A stretch of DNA of 10,634 bases from Promethearchaeota archaeon Loki_b31 (lineage in GTDB: Archaea > Asgardarchaeota > Lokiarchaeia > Sigyniarchaeales > SOKP01), in the NCBI GenBank assembly GCA_005222975.1, contig NJBI01000086.1, positions 1 to 10,634 on the forward strand, read 5' to 3'. Positions 1 to 6,638 of this stretch are shown piece by piece. Under the pieces are notes generated by a model, which saw only the letters and a list, made by a program, of their open reading frames with translations, was not told the DNA's origin and did not search any database. Every line of letters begins with the position of its first letter. Position 1 is the first letter of the stretch. A program made the translations under genes and the position numbers.

Positions 1-120
1 TGGCTCAATAAACGCGTGAAAGCGCCATTTAAAGCAAGTTTGAATCGACAAGGTCTCGATCACATTGTAAATCGCTTGCAATTACAGCTTGGATGCGAAG
101 TGCGCAATTTTATTAATTAA
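1..120 (+). CDS. 3' end of a gene entering from the left (WLNKRVKAPFKASLNRQGLDHIVNRLQLQLGCEVRNFIN*), possibly a DDE transposase C-terminus
   Basis: Frame 1 is open from base 1 to TAA at 118-120 and is more GC-rich than the spacer after it. The xxNxxxK...R-hydrophobic spacing resembles the helix after the catalytic Glu of ISL3/IS256-type transposases. Only 39 aa are visible, so the product call is weak. Confidence 0.4.
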   Translation, partial: WLNKRVKAPFKASLNRQGLDHIVNRLQLQLGCEVRNFIN

Positions 121-203
121 GAAAAAATTATTTATATACACACAAGATTTAGGAATTAATCGAAATTTAAGCTGGAAAAAAAAAATTAAGAAGAATAAAT
201 ATT

Positions 204-704
204 CTATTCTCTAATTTGTAATTTAGGTTTAATTGGAGATGCTCCGTTGAAGTTGGTAATAACTGGACAATGGGTCCAAACTTTTTCCATCATTTCTTCT
301 ACTTTTTCTTTAGGCGCATCTGCTTTAATTCTAACGACAGGTTCAAGCTTATCGTAGCCTGGAAGCATTTTGTCGTCAAGCCCAAAAATAGCTGCGAGAT
401 TAATATGGCCTCTTGAATTCACAGTCATTGATTCGATTTTTATGTCCATAATTAATGCCCAAAATCTTGTAACTGCAATAATACAAGCACCAATAGAGCC
501 TAATATGGCTAATAATGGAGATGCTCCTTGGTCTGTACCATCTAAGCCTGCAGGGGCATCAATTATAACTTCGTGTTTTGAAGCTCCCATGGTAACTTTA
601 CATTGCATCCCTTCTGACAGCATTTCACAGCTTACATTGAAATTTTTCTCCCCTTTTGAAACATCTTCTTTTATTGCTTCGTAAGTTTCTTTAAAACTTG
701 GCAT
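204..704 (-). CDS. OsmC/Ohr family protein
   Basis: 166 aa. DAPAGLDGTDQGASP matches the D-x-P-xxx-G-x-D-x-G-xx-P motif. The two conserved Cys occur as GAC and HCPV at OsmC-like spacing. Confidence 0.88.
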   Translation of the reverse strand: MPSFKETYEAIKEDVSKGEKNFNVSCEMLSEGMQCKVTMGASKHEVIIDAPAGLDGTDQGASPLLAILGSIGACIIAVTRFWALIMDIKIESMTVNSRGHINLAAIFGLDDKMLPGYDKLEPVVRIKADAPKEKVEEMMEKVWTHCPVITNFNGASPIKPKLQIRE

Positions 705-921
705 TTTTTATCACTTTTCCTTTTATTATGCTATTTATATTAAATCATTATTCATAATTCAAAATATTAAATAATAGAATTTAGATTTTAATTTAAATTT
801 CTCTCATTTGAATAGCGAATATAACTGGTTTTTTTATATTATAATTTAAAAGAATAATTTTTATTATTACTCTTAACATTTTTATTCTTAAAGAAAATCA
901 GTTAAATAGAGGTATATTATA

Positions 922-1437
922 TTGGAAGCTAAAACAGTTTCGCAATCAAGATTAGAACTGGCGCAGATAATGATGCCAGAGCACGCAAATGTCGCTGGAA
1001 ACGTGCACGGTGGCAATTTATTAAAACTTGTTGACCAAGCAGGGGCTATTGTGGCTGCTAGACATACCCATATTAATGTAGTTACTGCTTCAGTCGACAA
1101 ATTTGATTTTATCTCGCCAGCTTATATTGGAAATCTTATATTCATAAAAGCATCTATAAATTATGTATCTAGAACTTCGATGGAAATTGGCGTCAGAGTG
1201 GAGGCAGAATGCCTTAAAACAGGTGTTCATACTCATATTGGGTCTGCTTATCTTACATTTGTCGCTATTGATAAAGACGACAAACCAACTGAGGTCCCAG
1301 GATTAATTCCAGAGACCGAAGAAGAAAAACGGCGTTATGAAGAGGCTAAGAAAAGGAGAGAAATCAGGTTACAAGGAGCAAAACCACATCGTCATCGACA
1401 GCAACCCTGTATTGTAAGACCAGAAAAGATACGATAA
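922..1437 (+). CDS. Hotdog-fold acyl-CoA thioesterase (YciA/BFIT-like)
   Basis: 171 aa with a TTG start preceded by GAGGT. Motifs are MPEHANVAGNVHGGNLLKLVD, VVTASVD, RTSMEIGVRV and YLTFVAID, followed by the EEEKRRYEEAKKRR tail. Confidence 0.93.
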   Translation: MEAKTVSQSRLELAQIMMPEHANVAGNVHGGNLLKLVDQAGAIVAARHTHINVVTASVDKFDFISPAYIGNLIFIKASINYVSRTSMEIGVRVEAECLKTGVHTHIGSAYLTFVAIDKDDKPTEVPGLIPETEEEKRRYEEAKKRREIRLQGAKPHRHRQQPCIVRPEKIR

Positions 1438-1456
1438 AAAACTTAAATTCTTTCTT

Positions 1457-1615
1457 TTAATTCTTAATACAGAATTTAACAAATAATTTTGAATTGTTAG
1501 CATATCCATTACTGTTAATTCCTCCGCAATTCTCTAAGACTTCGTGAGGAATGGGATTATTTCCGATTCTTAATTCGATTAAATTTATGAGGTTGTTTTT
1601 TTCATCAACAATAAT
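1457..1615 (-). pseudogene. Start-less C-terminal remnant of an LRR protein (IIVDEKNNLINLIELRIGNNPIPHEVLENCGGINSNGYANNSKLFVKFCIKN*)
   Basis: Hand-translated 52-codon open frame between TAA 1618-1616 and TAA 1459-1457, with no ATG, GTG or TTG start. It holds a final LRR unit (LxxLxxLxIxxNPI) and a cap-like segment. It is absent from the ORF track. Confidence 0.7.
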
Positions 1616-1629
1616 TTAAGGATACTAAT

Positions 1630-1668
1630 AAGAATTAGATCTCTTTCCAATTTAGAGATCTATTTCTT
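1630..1668. terminator. Stem-loop between convergent genes, possible terminator
   Basis: AAGAATTAGATCTCT-ttccaattt-AGAGATCTATTTCTT: 14 of 15 pairs with a perfect 9-bp core and a 9-nt loop, running into a T-tract on the + strand. It lies 24 nt past the stop of 1693-2379. Confidence 0.45.
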
Positions 1669-1692
1669 TTTAATAAATTTATAATTCTAGAA

Positions 1693-2379
1693 TTAATAAT
1701 CGATTTTTCCTACATGTCTATCAGTTTTATCTTCCCATTCCAAAAAAGAGTAATTCAAAGCTTTAATAAAATCATCAATATTTGAAGAAATGATGAATTC
1801 ATTGCCTTGAAACTCGCCTTCGAGTTTGCCCTGTCCAACAAGGTCGTAGATAAAACCCTTAATCTCACTTTCGGGAACCCCGAGGTATTTTTGAGCTTTT
1901 CTTAAATTTATTCGTTTTTCTACCTTTATCATGCCAATCAACCGGATTTTTTTATCTATTTCTTTCATCTCTTTAATTTTACGTTCGCTGGTTTTTTTCT
2001 CTTGGATCTTTTCTTCCAAATTTTTATATTTGTGTAATTTTCCCATAATTACGAAAACTCCAATTAATGGAAAAATTCCAAATAATGGAATCAAAGAAGC
2101 TCTGCCTAAAATAAAATAACACCAGATAATAAAGATGGGATATGTTATACATCCAACAATTCCAAATGTTATACCCATTTTTATTCTGAATCTTGATAAA
2201 AAAATGATTGAAATTGCAAAAAAGATTGTTGCTATGAAGCTCCAAATGAGGTGTATATCGCTGAAACCCATGCCAGTCATATAGATGATAAATGAAATAA
2301 GTAAGAAAATAATTGCAAAAATGATGTAAATACGTTGAAGGGATTTAATTCTCTTTTTTTCTCTCTCCAAATTGATCAC
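1693..2379 (-). CDS. Membrane protein (~4 TM) with coiled-coil linker and C-terminal PCI-like winged-helix domain
   Basis: GTG start. Four hydrophobic segments in aa ~17-113, a K/E-rich linker, then RINLRKAQKYLGVPESEIKGFIYDLVGQGKLEGEF, which fits the PCI/winged-helix pattern. It ends in an amphipathic tail, IDDFIKALNYSFLEWE. Confidence 0.7.
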   Translation of the reverse strand: MINLEREKKRIKSLQRIYIIFAIIFLLISFIIYMTGMGFSDIHLIWSFIATIFFAISIIFLSRFRIKMGITFGIVGCITYPIFIIWCYFILGRASLIPLFGIFPLIGVFVIMGKLHKYKNLEEKIQEKKTSERKIKEMKEIDKKIRLIGMIKVEKRINLRKAQKYLGVPESEIKGFIYDLVGQGKLEGEFQGNEFIISSNIDDFIKALNYSFLEWEDKTDRHVGKIDY

Positions 2380-2610
2380 TTTTATCTTAAAATTTCTATA
2401 ATCTGCATATTTGGTTTTTATAAAAAATTCAATTTTTATTTGTATTTAAATTTTACTTTTGCAAATATACTGCCTTTAAAGATTGATATTACCAAATTCT
2501 TTAAAAATTGATTAATTTTTATTTAAACTTAGCTTTTATATCTTTATTAAAAGGTAGCAAAAAAAATATAAAATGAAATGTTATTTCAAAAAAGGTTTAA
2601 TTTTCTTAAT

Positions 2611-2988
2611 TCAATTAGCTGCTAAACCTTTTATTTCTGATATTTGATTATCTTCTAAAGATAAATTTTGCAGGTTTTTTAATTCGGAAAGCCCCTTAAT
2701 TTCTTCAAATTTATTTTCGGAAAGAAATAACGTATCTACTTTGGTTAAAGGATATAAATTCTTAATCTTTTTTATCTTGTTTCCATAGAGATTCAATTTT
2801 TCTAAATTTATTAGATTATTTAAATCTCTAATTTCAGAAATCTTGTTATTAAAGAGATATAAAGCCTCTAAATTTAAAAGCCCTTTAAGCCCAATTATTT
2901 TTGATATTTTTTCAATTCCGTGATTACCCAAAATTAAAGTGTTATCAGAAACTTCGAATTTCTGCCCTTGATAGGTTATAAATTGCAT
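2611..2988 (-). CDS. SDS22-like leucine-rich repeat protein, C-terminally truncated
   Basis: About five 22-aa repeats of LxxLxxLxLxxNxIxEIxGL. The ORF stops mid-repeat (EIKGLAAN-TGA) with no cap, and the frame continues IKKIKPFLK to TAA at 2583-2581. Confidence 0.85.
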   Translation of the reverse strand: MQFITYQGQKFEVSDNTLILGNHGIEKISKIIGLKGLLNLEALYLFNNKISEIRDLNNLINLEKLNLYGNKIKKIKNLYPLTKVDTLFLSENKFEEIKGLSELKNLQNLSLEDNQISEIKGLAAN

Positions 2989-3044
2989 TTTATCTTAAAT
3001 TTTAGTTCATTTTACTATAGATTACTATATAACTTTTTATAAAA

Positions 3045-3070
3045 CTAAATATAAAATAATTTATATTTAG
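3045..3070. promoter_or_regulatory. Perfect 11-bp inverted repeat, candidate operator upstream of the permease
   Basis: CTAAATATAAA-ataa-TTTATATTTAG lies between a TATA-like TTTATAAA (3036-3043) and the GGTGA RBS (3074-3078). Confidence 0.45.
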
Positions 3071-3081
3071 AAAGGTGAATT

Positions 3082-4437
3082 ATGTTGGAAGAAGTTAAAA
3101 AAGTGCCAAAATTAAAGAGAAGAGTGTCATTATTCGGCGTAACCGTCTACGGCGTTGGAAATGTCTTAGGGGCAGGTATATATGCCCTAATCGGCGAGGT
3201 CGTAGGAATTACTGGAAACCTCTCTTGGTTGGCTTTCGTATTAGCTTCGATTACTGGAGCTTTAACCGGTTTATCATATGCTGAGCTTTCTGCTATGTAT
3301 CCTAAAAGTGCTGCTGAATTTGTTTACACTGAAGAGGCTTTTAAAATTCGAATTTTATCGTTTTTATTAGGGTGGGTAATTATTTTTTCAGGTATATTCT
3401 CAGCGGCAACCGTCGCGTTAGGTTTTGCCAATTATTTGGCGGCTTTATTTGGAGTTCCGTCGATTATACTTACAGTAATATTTGCTGCTTTCCTTATAGT
3501 AATTCTTAGCCTTGTAAACTTCATTGGTATTAAAGCTTCCACATGGACTAATATCTTATTTACGTTTATTGAAGCATCTGGGCTCATTTTAATCATTATA
3601 ATTGGTATCCCACATTTCGGATCGGTCAATTATTTAGAACTCCCTATAGGAGGTTCGTTTACCGCAATTTTTTCGGCGGTTGCTCTAATATTTTTCGCGT
3701 ACATTGGCTTTGAAGATATCGCAAACATCGCCGAAGAAGTCAAGAGTCCCGCTAAAAACCTTCCTAAAGCTATAATTTATTCGATTATTATTACAACTGT
3801 TTTGTATTGTTTAACTGCCATCTCAATAGTTAGCATATTGCCCTATAGCGAAATCGCATCATCTTCAGCCCCCTTAAATAGCGTAACTTCTGCTGTTTTA
3901 GGTCCTATTGGAAGTATAATAATGTCTTTTATAGCATTATTCGCTACGGCAAATACCGTTTTAATAATGATGATCGTCACCTCGAGAATGATGTACGGTA
4001 TGGCTAGAGATAAAGCGTTGCCAGAAGGCTTAGGCAAAGTATCACCAAAATATAGAACACCTGCTTTAGCCGTTTTAATAACAATGATTTTGACAATTAT
4101 TCCGCTATTTCTTGGAGATATATCTATAGTTGCGAACGCTACTGTTTTTGGCGTGCTTATTACCTTTTTCTTGGTGAACCTCAGCTTAATAGCTTTAAGA
4201 AGGAAAAAGCCTGATCTTGAAAGACCTTTTAAGCTAAAGCCTAATATTGGATGGATACCAATAATTGCGCTCTTAGGTTGTATCGTCTGTTTTGGATTAC
4301 TCTTTACGTTTAACCTATTAATCGTTGTTATACAATTGATCATCGTTTTATGTGGAGTAGTAGTTTTTTACGCAATGAAATCAAAAATCGAAACAAGGAC
4401 AAGTCGATTCATTCAAAAAAAAGATACTGATAGTTAA
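3082..4437 (+). CDS. APC family amino acid permease
   Basis: 451 aa with about 12 TM segments. TM1 has GNVLGAGIY, followed by SYAEL. TM6 has FFAYIGFE followed by AEEVKSPAKNLPKAI. SRMMYGMARD and ERPFK are also present. GGTGA RBS upstream. Confidence 0.96.
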   Translation: MLEEVKKVPKLKRRVSLFGVTVYGVGNVLGAGIYALIGEVVGITGNLSWLAFVLASITGALTGLSYAELSAMYPKSAAEFVYTEEAFKIRILSFLLGWVIIFSGIFSAATVALGFANYLAALFGVPSIILTVIFAAFLIVILSLVNFIGIKASTWTNILFTFIEASGLILIIIIGIPHFGSVNYLELPIGGSFTAIFSAVALIFFAYIGFEDIANIAEEVKSPAKNLPKAIIYSIIITTVLYCLTAISIVSILPYSEIASSSAPLNSVTSAVLGPIGSIIMSFIALFATANTVLIMMIVTSRMMYGMARDKALPEGLGKVSPKYRTPALAVLITMILTIIPLFLGDISIVANATVFGVLITFFLVNLSLIALRRKKPDLERPFKLKPNIGWIPIIALLGCIVCFGLLFTFNLLIVVIQLIIVLCGVVVFYAMKSKIETRTSRFIQKKDTDS

Positions 4438-4440
4438 AAA

Positions 4441-4590
4441 TTAGCTATATTTTTCTTTCCATTTTTTTTGTTTTTCTTCTGTATCTCCTTTCATTTTACA
4501 AACTTTGTGAATTTGATCTTGCTTTTCCCATTGTTTTTCTAACTCGTCTTCAAGGTCATCGTCTTTAGTTTCTTTATCGTTTTTACTCAT
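4441..4590 (-). CDS. Unannotated 49-aa charged small protein MSKNDKETKDDDLEDELEKQWEKQDQIHKVCKMKGDTEEKQKKWKEKYS
   Basis: ATG 4590-4588 overlaps the upstream stop (TAATG). GGTGA at 4601-4597 lies 6 nt upstream. The 50-codon frame fills the gap to within 3 nt of the convergent permease stop. It is absent from the ORF track. Confidence 0.8.
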   Translation of the reverse strand: MSKNDKETKDDDLEDELEKQWEKQDQIHKVCKMKGDTEEKQKKWKEKYS

Positions 4591-5741
4591 TACATTTCAC
4601 CCGTTTTCCACTCCTTTTTTAACGCTTCTAAAAGATAATCGGTTATATATTTAGTTTTATATTCAGATTGTGTTTTGTAATTTACGTATCTATAATTGAA
4701 CACGCATAAGGGACACGATGTAATTATATCTTGAGTTTCTAATTCGTCAAAAATTTTCATACCAATTTTTATAGATAAACTACTATCAACCCCTCTAATT
4801 CCAGAACCCGCTCCGCAACACGCAGTTAATTCTCTATTTGCCTTGAGCTCTTTAACTGTAGCACATAGATTTAATAGTTCTCGTGGTTCGTCGTAAACAT
4901 CAATGTTTTTAATTTTCCTTCCTGTCCTACAAGAATCATGGTAAGTAACTGTATCGTTAGATTGACGAAATTTCAATTTGCCATTCTTTTCTAATTCGTG
5001 AATAACTTGGATGATGTGCTTAACTGGAATATCGTCATCTTGAATGTATTTTGGATATAAGTTATTAAACGCGTAAAAGCACCCACCACAGGTAGTAATA
5101 ATGTTTTTAATTCCGTATTGTTTGAAGAGATCAAAATTTTCATTAAAGATTTTCTTAGCAAAGTTAAATTTACCCGCGGAATAAACGTATTCTCCACAAC
5201 AAGGCTCCCTTTCAAATACCTTAAAATTAAAATTACCCTCTTTTAAAAGCTCGTAAGAAGCACTTGCGCTTTCCTTTACTCGAAACGATGACATGCAACC
5301 CAAGAATAACAATGTATCCGAATCTCCTGTCTCAAATGTTTCAGATTCTCTATACTTTTCTGGCATCCAGTTTAGTCTTTCTTCTCGCTTACCATTAACA
5401 GAATTATCTTGATCTTCAATCCCTTTTATTATTTTGTTATGATTTTCAAGAGGTCCTAAACCCATTTCTACTAGTTTTATTTTGGAAGCATGGATTACAT
5501 CAGCAATGTGAATGCTTTGTTGACAAGCAAGATCGCACAATCCACACAGCGTACAAGTGTAGATGCTCTTAATCTCCTCTTGAGTAATGTCCTGATTATT
5601 AAATATTTTATCAACGATTTTTAATCTCCCATTTGGAGATAGTAGTTCGTTCTGATCAACTGCGAAAGTATCGCACACATCCAAACATATCTTACAATCA
5701 ATACAGGATTGTACCTCTGCTATTATATTTTCTTCGTCCAT
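4590..5741 (-). CDS. HdrD/GlpC-like (Fe-S)-binding oxidoreductase with two ferredoxin-type [4Fe-4S] motifs and two CCG domains
   Basis: CIDCKICLDVC and CTLCGLCDLAC, with SPNGR between them. CCG domain 1 has FLGC/CCGE/TCGGC and CCG domain 2 has YHDSC/CCGAG/SCPLC. No TM segment is evident. Confidence 0.92.
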   Translation of the reverse strand: MDEENIIAEVQSCIDCKICLDVCDTFAVDQNELLSPNGRLKIVDKIFNNQDITQEEIKSIYTCTLCGLCDLACQQSIHIADVIHASKIKLVEMGLGPLENHNKIIKGIEDQDNSVNGKREERLNWMPEKYRESETFETGDSDTLLFLGCMSSFRVKESASASYELLKEGNFNFKVFEREPCCGEYVYSAGKFNFAKKIFNENFDLFKQYGIKNIITTCGGCFYAFNNLYPKYIQDDDIPVKHIIQVIHELEKNGKLKFRQSNDTVTYHDSCRTGRKIKNIDVYDEPRELLNLCATVKELKANRELTACCGAGSGIRGVDSSLSIKIGMKIFDELETQDIITSCPLCVFNYRYVNYKTQSEYKTKYITDYLLEALKKEWKTGEM

Positions 5742-6499
5742 TATTCATCAAGATAGTCGTATAATTTATCTATAATACAATAACCTATAATATCGTCTCT
5801 TAAATAAATTTGAAAAAGTAAATCCAAATTTCTATAAGGCTTTAGAATGTTGAGTAATATAATATGTTCTGGTTTTTGAAATTTCTCTTTGTATTCATCA
5901 CCAACTCCTTCAGAATATTGATATTGTTGCAGCACAAAGTTTCCTCTAAACTCATTTTTTCTCAGAAACGAAATTATTTTATCGATGTCGCTTGGTTTCA
6001 TTAAATTTTCTACATAAGTGGTTCTTACTTCAAAATCAATATCCTCGCGTTTATTAACGAGATTAAAAGTCTCAATTATAAGATTAGGATCCATTAGATT
6101 TCCCGTAATTTTCTTTAATCTTTTCTTGTTTAGCGGTCCTTTCAAATCTAAAGCTATTCTGTTGATATGTGGTAATAATTTAGATATAATTTGGGGATTC
6201 GTTCCGTTTGTATCTAAACTGATGTATTTTCCAATTTTTTTTATTTCTTTGCATAATTTAAGTAAATCTTTTTGAAGCGTAGGCTCTCCACCTGAAATGC
6301 TTACTCCACTCACTAACATATTACTTTTGACTTGTTCCAACAATTCTGAAACTTTCATGTCTTTTCCTACCTTTTCGTGCAATAAATACTTATTATGACA
6401 AAACCCACATTTTAAATTACAACATACGGTGAAAATCACCATTGTAGATTTGTTTGGGATGTCTTTAGTTGATATATCGATAATTCCCCCGACTCTCAT
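5741..6499 (-). CDS. nrdG: Radical SAM glycyl-radical activase, anaerobic ribonucleotide reductase activating protein-like
   Basis: CNLKCGFCHN (CxxxCxxC), N-terminal GG..IST.D.P, SGGEPTLQ, LDTNGT, ALDLKGP, FEVRTT and LQQY. These motifs characterise the long NrdG-type activases. No nrdD is present in the window. Confidence 0.85.
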   Translation of the reverse strand: MRVGGIIDISTKDIPNKSTMVIFTVCCNLKCGFCHNKYLLHEKVGKDMKVSELLEQVKSNMLVSGVSISGGEPTLQKDLLKLCKEIKKIGKYISLDTNGTNPQIISKLLPHINRIALDLKGPLNKKRLKKITGNLMDPNLIIETFNLVNKREDIDFEVRTTYVENLMKPSDIDKIISFLRKNEFRGNFVLQQYQYSEGVGDEYKEKFQKPEHIILLNILKPYRNLDLLFQIYLRDDIIGYCIIDKLYDYLDE

Positions 6500-6638
6500 T
6501 TTTTTTTTTGAAAAATAATTACCAATTTATTGTTTTGATTTAATTAATATGCTGTAGTATGTTTTTTAAAATGCACATCAAATTTAAAAAATAATCTTTT
6601 ATTCTAGATATTATTAAATAATAAATTAAAATCTAAAT

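Noticed and set aside
370-684. 104-aa plus-strand ORF
   Set aside because: Antisense shadow of the OsmC-family gene, with no recognisable motif.
818-908. Imperfect long inverted repeat (TAACTGGTTTT/AAAATCAGTTA) in the divergent spacer
   Set aside because: Short and mismatched in very AT-rich DNA, so not distinguishable from chance by eye.
888-1100. 70-aa minus-strand ORF
   Set aside because: Antisense to the well-supported thioesterase.
1931-2245. ORFs 1931-2119 (+) and 2024-2245 (-)
   Set aside because: Antisense or alternate-frame ORFs wholly inside the 228-aa membrane-protein gene.
2581-2613. TGA in the LRR frame (and in the pfkB copy) as selenocysteine or recoded stop
   Set aside because: Neither TGA is at a Cys-equivalent site. 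Both frames end or lose homology soon after, and TGA is the normal stop of 9433-9984. Gene decay is the simpler explanation.
3432-4343. Minus-strand ORFs 3432-3629 and 3843-4343
   Set aside because: Antisense shadows of the hydrophobic permease gene.
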